From assembly GCA_029567195.1 (NCBI GenBank), contig JAKQLJ010000023.1, positions 4,626 through 68,625 of the forward strand: a DNA stretch of 64,000 nt, in the 5' to 3' direction. The DNA is from a bacterium. GTDB lineage: Bacteria; Patescibacteriota; Minisyncoccia; Moranbacterales; UBA2206. Below are positions 17,055-26,686 of this stretch, in pieces (position 1 is the first letter of the stretch; each line of letters opens with the position of its first letter). A model generated the notes under the pieces. That model was given only the letters and a program-made list of their open reading frames with translations. It did not search any database and was not told where the DNA came from. Both the position numbers and the translations under genes were made by a program.

Positions 17055-18485
17055 ATGTTGAAACTATACAACACTCTCTCAAAAGCAAAGGAAAAATTCA
17101 AGCCGATTAATGTCGGGAAGGTCAGCATATATTCATGCGGGCCGACAGTTTATGATTTTGTGCATTTGGGAAATATCAAATCATATATGACTGCTGATGT
17201 TTTACGGCGCTATTTGGAATATAGCGGTTATGAAACGAGAATGATCAAGAATATTACCGATGTCGGCCATTTGACCGAAGATGATATCAACCAGGGCGAT
17301 TCCGGAGAGGATAAGATTGCCAAAAAGGCAAGATTAGAAAAAAAGACGCCTTCCGAAATAGCTAATTTTTACGAAAAATATTTTTACGAAATAGAAGAAA
17401 GAATGAATATTTTGCCAGCCCACTATTTTCCGCATGCCACTGCGCATATTCCCCAAATGATAAAAATGATAACCGAGCTTATCAAAAAAGATTTTGCTTA
17501 TGAAGTTAACGGCAATGTTTTTTTTGATGTAACCAAATTTTCTGATTATGGGAAACTTTCCGGAAACACTCTGGATAATTTAAAAGTGGGAGCGCGACTC
17601 GAAGAACATCCGGATAAGAAAAATCCTTGGGATTTCGCCCTTTGGATCAAAGCCCCGAAAGAACACTTGCTGAAATGGGAATCGCCATGGTCTTTGGGCT
17701 ATCCCGGCTGGCATATTGAATGTAGCGCTATGAGCAGTGAATATTTAGGTGATACTTTTGATATTCACACTGGCGGAGAAGATAATATTTTTCCCCACCA
17801 TGAAGCGGAGATAGCCCAAAGCGAAGGTTATTCCGGAAAAAAATTTGTTAATTTCTGGGTGCATACCCGGCATCTTTTGGTTGATGGACAAAAAATGGCA
17901 AAATCAAAAGGCAATTTTTACCGCCTGGAAGACATTGTTGAAAAAGGCTATTCCCCTTCCGTTCTTCGCCTTCTTATCCTTTCCGCCCATTATAGGACTC
18001 AGCTTAATTTTACCTGGAAATCAATGGAACAAGCCAAGACTAATTTGGAAAAAATAACCGATTTTCTGAGTAATTTGGAAAATATCACTTCTGAAAAAAA
18101 AGGAAAAAAAATAAATCTGGAAAAATATCGGAAAAAAATTGAAAAAGCGATGGATGATGATCTTAACACCCCCTTGGCTATCAGTGTTTTTTATGAATTG
18201 ATGACAGAAGCCAATAAATTGATAGCCAAAGAACAATTGAATGAAGAAGAAGCGGAAAAAATTATCGGATTTTGGGAAAAGATAAATAAATTTTTTGGTT
18301 TGGTAATCCCGAAAGACCTGGAACAAGTGCCATTGGAAGTCAAGCAATGGGCGGAGGAAAGAAAAGAGGCCAGAATGGTCAGAAATTTTGCTTATTCCGA
18401 TGAGCTCAGAAAAAAAATTGAAGCAAAAGGCTATTTGGTGGAAGACGTTAAAAATAATAAATATACGTTAAAAAAGAAAAAATAA
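17055..18485 (+). CDS. cysS: Cysteine--tRNA ligase
   Basis: CGPTVY, HLGN, PGWHIECSAM, DIHTGGED, FPHHEAE, KMAKS. Confidence 0.97.
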   Translation: MLKLYNTLSKAKEKFKPINVGKVSIYSCGPTVYDFVHLGNIKSYMTADVLRRYLEYSGYETRMIKNITDVGHLTEDDINQGDSGEDKIAKKARLEKKTPSEIANFYEKYFYEIEERMNILPAHYFPHATAHIPQMIKMITELIKKDFAYEVNGNVFFDVTKFSDYGKLSGNTLDNLKVGARLEEHPDKKNPWDFALWIKAPKEHLLKWESPWSLGYPGWHIECSAMSSEYLGDTFDIHTGGEDNIFPHHEAEIAQSEGYSGKKFVNFWVHTRHLLVDGQKMAKSKGNFYRLEDIVEKGYSPSVLRLLILSAHYRTQLNFTWKSMEQAKTNLEKITDFLSNLENITSEKKGKKINLEKYRKKIEKAMDDDLNTPLAISVFYELMTEANKLIAKEQLNEEEAEKIIGFWEKINKFFGLVIPKDLEQVPLEVKQWAEERKEARMVRNFAYSDELRKKIEAKGYLVEDVKNNKYTLKKKK

Positions 18486-18487
18486 TT

Positions 18488-18613
18488 ATGAGTGAACAAA
18501 AGGACAATATTTTGAAAACTCCGGAAGAAAAAGTGGAAGATTTGAAAGAGGCCATTAAGGAATGCGGTTTTGATGTTGAACAGAAAGGGGAAGAAATTAT
18601 AATAAAGGAATAG
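18488..18613 (+). CDS. Small acidic hypothetical protein, 41 aa (MSEQKDNILKTPEEKVEDLKEAIKECGFDVEQKGEEIIIKE)
   Basis: Manually translated; starts 2 nt after the cysS stop; host-like composition. Confidence 0.55.
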   Translation: MSEQKDNILKTPEEKVEDLKEAIKECGFDVEQKGEEIIIKE

Positions 18614-18682
18614 ATAATAGTTTATCATCATAAAACAGAAGACAACAGGCAACATCTAAGCTTTTTTAAAGCTTTTATTTTT

Positions 18683-19672
18683 ATGAAGAATAATTTTTGG
18701 TTAAAATTAAAAAAGCCAATTTTGGCTTTGGCTCCAATGGCCGGCATCACTGACAGCGCTTTCCGGCAAATTTGCCGGAAATATGGAGCCGATGTTACTT
18801 ACAGCGAAATGGCCAGCGTTTCAGCGCTGTTTTTTAAGCCCCAAAAAACCTTGGAATTAGTGAGGTTTAATAAATCAGAACGGCCTTATGTGGTCCAGCT
18901 ATTTGGTAAGAATCCAAAGCATTTTGCCGCATCCGCTAAAATTATAACTGAAAAAATCAAACCGGATGGCATTGATATCAACTTTGGCTGTCCGGCTAAA
19001 AAAGTTTTCGGTCATGGCAGTGGTTGCGCCCTTATGCCGCAAAAAGAACTGGCTAGGGAGATAATTTCAGCGGTTTGTGAAAACACTTCTCTTCCGGTTT
19101 CCATTAAAATTAGAGCTGGAATAAAAGATATGACTGCTTTTGATTTTATTAAAAATACGGCTGATCTTCCCTACTCTGCCATCATGGTTCACGGTCGGAC
19201 ATACGAAGGCAGTTTTTCAGGAGAGGTGGATTTTTCCATTTGCGAAAAGATAAAAAAAATGGTTCCGGAAAAAATTGTTCTTGGAAATGGCGGGATCATG
19301 ACATCCGAAAACGCTAAAAATATTTTGAAGCGCTATCCTCTGCTTGATGGTTTGGGGATCGCCCGCGGGGCATGGGGAAGGCCGTGGATATTTGAAGAAA
19401 TTAGAGGAATTATAAATGTAGGGACGGATCTTGTATCCGTCCAAAAAAGGACAGACACAAGGTCTGTCCCTACAAAGTATTATTTTTCAAAAACCAAAAA
19501 AATAATGCTTGAGCACGCCAAATTGATATATAAAGACAAAGGAAAAACAGGATTATTTGAAATCAGGAAACATATGTGCTGGTATATTCGCGGCTTTCCG
19601 GGTGCGGCAGAAATGAGAAAAAAATTGGTAATGGCGAAAAGTTTAAAGGAAATTATTGATATTTTAAATTAA
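18683..19672 (+). CDS. dusB: tRNA-dihydrouridine synthase
   Basis: LAPMAGITD, VQLFG, IDINFGCP, VSIKIRAG, VHGRT, GNGGI, ARGAWGRPW. Confidence 0.92.
   Translation: MKNNFWLKLKKPILALAPMAGITDSAFRQICRKYGADVTYSEMASVSALFFKPQKTLELVRFNKSERPYVVQLFGKNPKHFAASAKIITEKIKPDGIDINFGCPAKKVFGHGSGCALMPQKELAREIISAVCENTSLPVSIKIRAGIKDMTAFDFIKNTADLPYSAIMVHGRTYEGSFSGEVDFSICEKIKKMVPEKIVLGNGGIMTSENAKNILKRYPLLDGLGIARGAWGRPWIFEEIRGIINVGTDLVSVQKRTDTRSVPTKYYFSKTKKIMLEHAKLIYKDKGKTGLFEIRKHMCWYIRGFPGAAEMRKKLVMAKSLKEIIDILN
19417..19474. repeat. Inverted GTAG-type REP doublet inside the dusB ORF
   Basis: TGTAG-GGACGGAT-CTTGT-ATCCGTCC-AAAAAA-GGACAGAC-ACAAG-GTCTGTCC-CTACA. Confidence 0.85.
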
Positions 19673-19707
19673 AAAAGAGCTTCCGATATTCGGAAGCCCT
19701 GTTGTAT

Positions 19708-20529
19708 TTATTCTTCTGCTGGCTCTGTCCAGATTCTTTTTTTGTGGGTAGACTGAGACACTTGCAGAGTAGATGTGTTGTCCATTGTTGTTATTGTTTT
19801 GTTGATAAAGTCCACTCTTGAGTTTGGAGGTATCAAAAACTTCTTAATCAGTTCTCCGGTTCCGGCATTGAAAATCTTCATGTATCTTTCTGGAAGATCC
19901 GGAGTCCAAATGCCAAATTTCATCGGCGCTATGCCGACAATCACTTCCCGCGGGTATGTTTCGTCATATCCAAACCATTCCTCTCCCCAAACCACTTCTC
20001 GTTGACCTTTAGAGTACCAACCGATTGTGGTCCTGAATGTTTTTTTTACGATGTCGTAAACTCGCACTTCGCCGCCGATGATATTCTTGGTATCGCGACG
20101 ATAAAGCATGAGATATGCTTTATCTTTGAGTATTTTGTAGCTGTCTATCCAGCATGAGTTGTCAAATTTCAGTCGCAGGACATTAATTTTGCCGTAATAG
20201 TCAACCTCGGCAACAATGAATGTTTGCGCTTGGTTGTCATGTTTATAAATGAAAGATATCATGAATCGGTCGTAATAATACGACTGAATCTTATCGAACT
20301 GCAAATCGTCAATGGACCATCCTTTTCCCAGAGGAATAGTATAGGTCGCTTCTCTCCAAGTGCAGGCCATTTCCAGCCAGCTCTCATAGGTTTCGCTGTC
20401 CGTTTTGATCGCATAGGCGTTTCCGCCTTGATTCACATCGGCCCAACGGGAAACAACAATGGCGCTTGCGTCGGAAGAAATTGCAACCAACGCTGCCAAA
20501 ACCAAGAATGCAGTAAGAAGTTTTTTCAT
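19708..20529 (-). CDS. Secreted hypothetical protein (beta-rich, aromatic-rich)
   Basis: Sec signal MKKLLTAFLVLAALVAISSDASA; AAAGGA SD; own promoter and terminator. Confidence 0.75.
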   Translation of the reverse strand: MKKLLTAFLVLAALVAISSDASAIVVSRWADVNQGGNAYAIKTDSETYESWLEMACTWREATYTIPLGKGWSIDDLQFDKIQSYYYDRFMISFIYKHDNQAQTFIVAEVDYYGKINVLRLKFDNSCWIDSYKILKDKAYLMLYRRDTKNIIGGEVRVYDIVKKTFRTTIGWYSKGQREVVWGEEWFGYDETYPREVIVGIAPMKFGIWTPDLPERYMKIFNAGTGELIKKFLIPPNSRVDFINKTITTMDNTSTLQVSQSTHKKRIWTEPAEE

Positions 20530-20750
20530 TTTTACATCCTTTCTTTGATGTGGTTTTATTGAATGCTTCCCTTCCGTCGACTATTTTTAAGCCATTTCTG
20601 GCTATTTTTTGTTAAATAACTATCCTACTACCTTAGCACAAAATGCTGTATAAGTCAAGAGATAAGAAGTGTGTGTTTATGAGAAAATTTAAAATAAAAA
20701 ATGACTTTCGTGTGTGAATAATAGTTGCACAACTTGGGCAAAGACGCAAG

Positions 20751-20778
20751 TTGATTTTTGAGTGTTGATTGGTATAAT
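20751..20778 (+). promoter_or_regulatory. Sigma70-type promoter for dnaB-recR
   Basis: TTGATT-16-TATAAT with TG extended -10. Confidence 0.5.
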
Positions 20779-20815
20779 GATAAGACTATGAACTCAATTT
20801 AAATAATCTCATTTC

Positions 20816-20913
20816 TGTCATTCCCGTGTAAACGGGAATCCAGTAAATAAGCCAGGATTTCAGACTAGATTCCCGCCTGCCTGCCAGTAGGCATGGCTTT
20901 CGCGGGAATGACA
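20816..20913. repeat. TGTCATTCCCG...CGGGAATGACA palindromic element with nested mini-module
   Basis: Terminal inverted repeats, GGGAATCCAG/CTAGATTCCC inner stem, insert GCCTGCCTGCCAGTAGGCATG. Confidence 0.85.
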
Positions 20914-20985
20914 ATTAAGCGCAAAGTTTTAGTCATATAAAGGCTTATTATAAATATAAAGTAAGATTTAATTAAAATCAGCTAT

Positions 20986-22347
20986 ATGGCAAAAGCTTCA
21001 TCAAATGATAATCTTCGCGTTCCGCCGCAAAATATTGAAGCCGAGAGATCCGTTCTGGGCGCTTTGATGCTGGATAAAGATGCAATCATCAAGGTAGCCA
21101 ATCTTATCCGTATCGGAGATTTTTATAAAGATGACCACAATCTTATCTATGAGGCGATGGTGGAACTTTATGAACAAAGAGAACCGATCGATGTTCTTTC
21201 TCTTTCCAATCGTCTGGAAGAAAAAGGACAACTGGATAAAGTCGGCGGTTCAAGTTATTTAGCATCTCTGGTTAGCTCTGTGCCGTCAAGTGCCAATATT
21301 GCCCACTATGCCAAAGTGGTGCAGAAAAAATCAACTTTACGAAAATTGATTAATACCGCCAGTGAAATTTTAGAACTTGGTTATAAGGAAGAAGAAGATG
21401 TGGAAAAAATTCTTGATTCGGCCGAACAAAAACTTTTCTCCGTTTCTCAAAAATATATAAAACAGGATTTTGTGCCGATAAAATCAATTTTGGAATCGGC
21501 TTTCAATCGAATTGACGAGCTCCACAAAGGCGATCACAAATTGCGCGGCGTGCCAACCGGTTTTCCTGATTTGGATCAGATCTTGGCCGGCTTTCAAAAA
21601 TCGGACCTGGTAATCTTAGCTGCCCGTCCTTCCATAGGAAAAACTACTTTGGCGCTTGATTTTGCCAGGCAAATCGCGGTCAAGGAAAAAATTCCGGTGG
21701 GAATATTTTCTCTTGAAATGTCTTCAGATCAGTTGATAGACAGGATGCTGGCGGCCCAGTCCGGCGTGGATTTATGGCGACTTCGAACGGGAAGACTCAA
21801 AACCGGAGAGGGAGATGATGATTTTCAGCGGATTGGCGAGGCTATGGGGGTGCTTTCAGAAGCGAAAATTTTTATTGACGATGCCGGATCGGCCAATGTT
21901 ATGGAAATGAGAACGATGGCAAGACGACTCCAATCCGAACACAATGTCGGACTGATCATAATCGATTATTTGCAGCTTATGGAAGGGCGAAGCGGCGGAG
22001 ATAACCGAGTCAATGAAATTTCCGAAATTTCAAGAGCCTTGAAACAATTGGCGCGGGAACTTAATATCCCGGTCATTGCTCTTTCCCAGCTTTCTCGGGC
22101 GGTGGAATCCCGAAGCCCGCAAATTCCCAAATTGTCAGACCTAAGAGAATCCGGATCTATCGAACAGGACGCCGATGTGGTGATGTTTCTTTACCGGGAA
22201 GATCGGGAAAAACCGGATACGCCGAATAAGAATATTGTGGAAGTGCATATTGCCAAACACAGAAACGGACCTATTGGCCGATTGTCTTTGTATTTCAATG
22301 AAAATTCAACCACTTTTAAATCTTTAGAAAGAGTTCGAACGGAATAA
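20986..22347 (+). CDS. dnaB: Replicative DNA helicase
   Basis: PPQNIEAERSVLG, AARPSIGKT, FSLEMS, IDYLQLM, LSQLSR, DLRESGSIEQDAD, KHRNGP. Confidence 0.98.
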   Translation: MAKASSNDNLRVPPQNIEAERSVLGALMLDKDAIIKVANLIRIGDFYKDDHNLIYEAMVELYEQREPIDVLSLSNRLEEKGQLDKVGGSSYLASLVSSVPSSANIAHYAKVVQKKSTLRKLINTASEILELGYKEEEDVEKILDSAEQKLFSVSQKYIKQDFVPIKSILESAFNRIDELHKGDHKLRGVPTGFPDLDQILAGFQKSDLVILAARPSIGKTTLALDFARQIAVKEKIPVGIFSLEMSSDQLIDRMLAAQSGVDLWRLRTGRLKTGEGDDDFQRIGEAMGVLSEAKIFIDDAGSANVMEMRTMARRLQSEHNVGLIIIDYLQLMEGRSGGDNRVNEISEISRALKQLARELNIPVIALSQLSRAVESRSPQIPKLSDLRESGSIEQDADVVMFLYREDREKPDTPNKNIVEVHIAKHRNGPIGRLSLYFNENSTTFKSLERVRTE

Positions 22348-22350
22348 TTT

Positions 22351-22938
22351 ATGTATCCCAAATCATTCAAAAAATTAATCGATCACTTTTCCGCCCTGCC
22401 TTCCATCGGTCCCAAAATGGCGGAAAGGCTGGTTTTGTATCTTTTTAAGCAAGACAAGGAAAAACTGAAAGAATTTTCCCAAAGTTTGGAAGAATTGAAA
22501 TCGAATCTGCGGTATTGTAAAAAATGTTTCAATATCAGCGAGGAAGATTATTGCTATATTTGCCAGAATAAAAATCGCAACCAAAAAACAATCTGTATCG
22601 TGGAAGATCCGCTGGATATAATCGCCATCGAGAGGACGAAAAGATATGACGGTCTTTATTTTGTCTTAGGGGGCGTTTTGAATTCCGGAAAAAATGGCCA
22701 AGGAGAAAATTTGAAAATCGGAGAATTGGAAAGAAAGGTAAAAAATGAGGATATTAAAGAAATAATTTTAGCTACCAACCCGACAACCGAAGGCGATGCT
22801 ACGGCTCTCTATATTAAAAAAATCCTTGCTTCTTTTGAGGTCAAGATAACTCGTCTGGCGCGCGGGCTTTCCACCGGAGCGGATATTGAATATGCCGATG
22901 AGATAACTCTGGGTTCGGCGATTGAAAATAGGAAGTAA
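22351..22938 (+). CDS. recR: Recombination mediator RecR
   Basis: LPSIGPKMAERL, CKKC/CYIC zinc finger, ATNPTTEGDATA, TRLARGL. Confidence 0.96.
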   Translation: MYPKSFKKLIDHFSALPSIGPKMAERLVLYLFKQDKEKLKEFSQSLEELKSNLRYCKKCFNISEEDYCYICQNKNRNQKTICIVEDPLDIIAIERTKRYDGLYFVLGGVLNSGKNGQGENLKIGELERKVKNEDIKEIILATNPTTEGDATALYIKKILASFEVKITRLARGLSTGADIEYADEITLGSAIENRK

Positions 22939-22982
22939 GGATACTTTAACAAGATCGCCGGCTAATGACACTGGCGCAAAAT

Positions 22983-23013
22983 AAAAAACTCGGCAGGAGA
23001 TTGCCGAGTTTTT
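22983..23013. terminator. Bidirectional terminator between recR and rplU
   Basis: AAAAAACTCGGCA-loop-TGCCGAGTTTTT. Confidence 0.8.
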
Positions 23014-23029
23014 GTATATCAAGTTAAAT

Positions 23030-23335
23030 CTATATCTTGGTTATTTCCACTTCTGTCAAAATTTGCCGGTGTCCGAATTTTACCTTATACCTTTTTTTGG
23101 CTTTATGCTTTATCCCGACCACTTTCTTGTCTTTGGCGGTTTTAATAATCTTTCCTTCCACTTTAGCGCCTTTTATGAACGGAGTTCCTACTTTAATGTT
23201 GTTTTCATCACCTAAAAAAAGAACTTCGCCGAAAGTAATTTTTTCCCCTTCTTTTCCTTCCAATTTTTCTATTTTTATCCTGCTTCCGACCTTGATTTTA
23301 TACTGTTTCCCCCCGGTTTTTATCACTGCCAACAT
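23030..23335 (-). CDS. rplU: 50S ribosomal protein L21
   Basis: MLAVIKTGGKQYK, VGTPFI, GHRQ. Confidence 0.96.
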   Translation of the reverse strand: MLAVIKTGGKQYKIKVGSRIKIEKLEGKEGEKITFGEVLFLGDENNIKVGTPFIKGAKVEGKIIKTAKDKKVVGIKHKAKKRYKVKFGHRQILTEVEITKI

Positions 23336-23484
23336 AAAAATTTTCCTAAAAATTAGATACAGATAGTATACGCTTTTAAAATACAAATGTCAATAATTGC
23401 CGAATTTCTGGACAAAAAAGAGAAATTTTGGTAAGATTCAATCAATCTTGAAGGATAACATAACTACTTCCTTTGGGGGGAAAT

Positions 23485-24999
23485 ATGGAAAAACTGAAAA
23501 GAAAGTTATTTTTTTGGACACTGGTCCTTCTCTTTTTTGTCACTACGCCTATCATCATTCTTCATGCCAGAGGGTATCGCTTCGATTTAAGTCGGGGTGT
23601 TTTTGTGCACAGCGGAACAATAGCCATAAAGTCCAATCCTCAATCGGTGGATGTTTCTTTGAATGGAGAGCTTTTTGAAGCTAAAAAAATTGACAGAATA
23701 AACAATTCTTATAATCTAACCGGGCTTTTGCCGTCTGATTATGAGATAAAAGTTACTTATTCCGGATTTCGTTCCTGGAGCAAAAAAGCGGATGTTCATT
23801 CCGGTGTGGCCAGTGAATTTTGGAATATCCTTCTGGTTCGGGAAAATTATGAAAGAGAAATTCTCATCGGTATTTCCGGAGTAGACCGTTTCTTTATGTC
23901 TCCCAAAAACCAATACATCGTTTATACGGAAAATGCGGAGGAAGGCCTGAAAACAAAGTTATTTAACATCAAGGATAATACGGTTGAGAGGGAATTTTCT
24001 TTTCCCGGTTGGAAAATTTTAGACGAAACAAAAAAGGAAAATATTGAGTGGTCTCCCGAAGAAGATTATTTGTCTGTTCCGGTGGAAAAAACAGAATTGA
24101 TAGCGTCCAAGAAAAAAACTCGCTATGCCGCCTCCCCTGTTTATGAGACGCGATACGCCTATTTTATTGTTGATCCGGAAAACGAAACCAGCTTTAATCT
24201 CAATGAGTTTTTAGGAAAAAATAATATAACCAGCGTTCGTTGGGATCCAAAAGACAAAGATTATCTTTTTTTCTTGTCTGAAGGTTCACTTTTCAGGGTC
24301 AATATAAAAGATGCCTCGGATATCATTAATATTTCCCCGGTCGTTTCCGCGTTTAACCTGACCCGATCCAACATTTATTATTTAGGCATTCCCAATAATT
24401 TGGTTTATAAATCCAGTCTTGACGGGAAATCGGAAAAAGAACAAATAACCAATAATTTTCCGGATTTATCATCAAGTCCAGTGGATAAAATGATTATCTA
24501 CGATGAAGACAGGATAGCTTTTATCAACCAAAATAAAGATCTGTTCATATACAATTTTGGAGAGCATGACACCTATTTCAAAAAAATCGGCAGTTTAGTG
24601 GAAGGCGTTCATTTTTCTGATGACGGAAAAAAAATGCTTTTCTGGAGCGATAATGAAATATCGGCTTATTTCTTGCGCGATTGGGATGTTCAACCGGTAA
24701 GAGCGGAGAATGAGTTGGCCAATATCACCCGCTACAGCGAGCCGATAAGAAATGTCCAGTGGTTCAAAGATTATGAACATATCATTTTTACTTCCGGAAG
24801 ATTCACTAAAATAATCGAGCTTGACCCGAGAGACCATAGGAATTGCATGGATCTTATAAGCACAGAATTGGAAAAACCATTTGTCCGGTATAATAATTCT
24901 CTGGAAATTCTTTATTTTACGGAAAAAAACGGAGATTCTACGAATTTGCAATCAATAATTTTCCCCGAGCCGACGCCTATTCTCGGGATAGGAGGATAA
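23485..24999 (+). CDS. Membrane-anchored PEGA-domain / beta-propeller-like surface protein
   Basis: TM then ARGYRFD, IAIKSNPQSVDVSLNG, repeated WSP/FSDDG/WDP propeller-like motifs. Confidence 0.75.
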   Translation: MEKLKRKLFFWTLVLLFFVTTPIIILHARGYRFDLSRGVFVHSGTIAIKSNPQSVDVSLNGELFEAKKIDRINNSYNLTGLLPSDYEIKVTYSGFRSWSKKADVHSGVASEFWNILLVRENYEREILIGISGVDRFFMSPKNQYIVYTENAEEGLKTKLFNIKDNTVEREFSFPGWKILDETKKENIEWSPEEDYLSVPVEKTELIASKKKTRYAASPVYETRYAYFIVDPENETSFNLNEFLGKNNITSVRWDPKDKDYLFFLSEGSLFRVNIKDASDIINISPVVSAFNLTRSNIYYLGIPNNLVYKSSLDGKSEKEQITNNFPDLSSSPVDKMIIYDEDRIAFINQNKDLFIYNFGEHDTYFKKIGSLVEGVHFSDDGKKMLFWSDNEISAYFLRDWDVQPVRAENELANITRYSEPIRNVQWFKDYEHIIFTSGRFTKIIELDPRDHRNCMDLISTELEKPFVRYNNSLEILYFTEKNGDSTNLQSIIFPEPTPILGIGG

Positions 25000-25018
25000 G
25001 ATAAAATTAGTAAAAAAT

Positions 25019-25696
25019 TTAAGGTAAAATTGTCATCGGATCAAGCCAGTCCTTTAGTTCATTTTCGTTATTGGCATACCCTCTGATATTTATCTCTTTC
25101 CCTTTATGGATTCCAAGATGCAGATGCTTCCTTTCCCTATCGGTTTCAGCGCTTTCATTTCTTCCTAAAAATCCAATTTTTTCTCCGGCTTCCAAATTTT
25201 CGCCGGTTTTTTTGTCGATGCTTTCCATATTCAGATGGCCATAGATAACGGTTATCGGTTCGTTTTCTAAAAAACAAGATTGGATCAAGACTCCCCCATA
25301 GCCGCTGGCTATTCTTTTTTCCAAAATTTTTCCTTCACAGATAGCTTTTATTTCAATATCTTTATTTAATTCTTCCGGAAAAATTTCAAAATCAGCTCCG
25401 GTATGAAAGCCATAAAATCTCTCTGGTTGAACCGGAGAGTTTTGGGGTGTTATAAAAATACCAAAGGGTTTTTTTGTCACTCTTTCTCCTGCCCGGTCAA
25501 TGGGAAAACGAAAACTGCTTTTTTTAGAATCCGGATTATTTGTTGAAATCTGGCTTTCCTTTGAAGGAGGAACGGAAGTGTCAGTGTTTTGGATGTCGCC
25601 GCTTTCTTTTGGAAAAAGAAAAAGAATTGTCGACAGAAAAAATATTAAAAATAAAGAGATAAAAAGTTTTGACTTCATATCTCTATAATACAACAA
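25019..25696 (-). CDS. M23-family metallopeptidase
   Basis: FHTGADF, YGHL, HLHLG; N-terminal TM; start may be ~18 nt downstream. Confidence 0.88.
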   Translation of the reverse strand: MLYYRDMKSKLFISLFLIFFLSTILFLFPKESGDIQNTDTSVPPSKESQISTNNPDSKKSSFRFPIDRAGERVTKKPFGIFITPQNSPVQPERFYGFHTGADFEIFPEELNKDIEIKAICEGKILEKRIASGYGGVLIQSCFLENEPITVIYGHLNMESIDKKTGENLEAGEKIGFLGRNESAETDRERKHLHLGIHKGKEINIRGYANNENELKDWLDPMTILP

Positions 25697-25716
25697 AACA
25701 GAAAATAAATTTAGAT

Positions 25717-25755
25717 AAAAAAAACCAGCCAGTCGGGCAAATGCCTGACTGGCTG
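25717..25755 (-). terminator. Intrinsic terminator after Nudix gene
   Basis: CAGCCAGTCGGGCA/TGCCTGACTGGCTG stem with U-tract on the minus strand. Confidence 0.8.
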
Positions 25756-25763
25756 TTACTCTG

Positions 25764-26417
25764 CTACTTCAGGAGTTCGGGATACTCCATTTTGATGATG
25801 GCCAGTGCACTGAGCGTAAAGCAACAGTAGAGCTTGCCTTCCTTGCGGAGCTCAATCAACTCTTCCCAGGTGAACCACTCGACTCCCTTCATGAGCTGGT
25901 CGTTCTGGTCGGCGGTGAGGCCGGAGGAACGACTCATATCGATCTGGCCGACAACGAAATCGGTCAGATGAGGAGAGAAAGCTGTGTTGTCGCAGAACCG
26001 GCCGAGATTTCGAGCCGAAACGACAACACTTTCCGTCTCTTCCTTGGCTTCCCGAATGGCTGCCTCATGCCCGGATTCCCTCATCTTGGGGAATCCTCGC
26101 GGGATCTCATAGGAGAACCGACCGAGTTCCGAGAGATTGATGTTCGGAAAATTTCTGGCGTAAGCTTCCTGGTCGTTCGTTTGGGGACGCCAGACCTTCT
26201 TCAGTCCGACTCGTCCTTTCTCGTCGACCGGTAGGAAAACTCCCCCGCCCTTTTCTGCTCGGATGGCCTGGTCATAGAGAACCTTGTCTCCCTCAGGTGA
26301 AACCCACATAACGTGAACAACCTTGCAGCCGAGTTTGGGATTCTCGATTACCGAATCGTCTCCAGGCTTCCACCCAGCGTTTGCTTTTTTTGCATCAAAC
26401 ATTTCTAATCTGTTCAT
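25764..26417 (-). CDS. Nudix hydrolase
   Basis: Nudix box GFPKMRESGHEAAIREAKEET; visibly higher GC than neighbours; AGGAGAGGGAG SD. Confidence 0.85.
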   Translation of the reverse strand: MNRLEMFDAKKANAGWKPGDDSVIENPKLGCKVVHVMWVSPEGDKVLYDQAIRAEKGGGVFLPVDEKGRVGLKKVWRPQTNDQEAYARNFPNINLSELGRFSYEIPRGFPKMRESGHEAAIREAKEETESVVVSARNLGRFCDNTAFSPHLTDFVVGQIDMSRSSGLTADQNDQLMKGVEWFTWEELIELRKEGKLYCCFTLSALAIIKMEYPELLK

Positions 26418-26686
26418 TTAACTCCCTCTCCTTACCGCCTCATTGCGGTAGGTAATGAAGTCAGGGGGTTTTCTTTTCGCGCCTCTTGCGCTAGCTTTCG
26501 GACCATCCAAAAGCAAGATAACCTTCCCATTTAGAAAGTACAGGCGTCCAATATTGCTGGACAGCATAGTTTAGCATAAATTTAGCTGTCTGTCAAATGG
26601 AAAAGAGATTATTTTTTCAACAAAAAAAAGCTTATAAAAGCCATTTTTTGCTTAATAATTCCTAAAATTTTAAAAATCTTGTTCTA

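Noticed and set aside
26440..26550. ykkC-family riboswitch call
   Set aside because: Lacks CUAGGGUUCC and the 3' GGGAYAAAAGCCCGGG block; kept only as an unassigned structured leader
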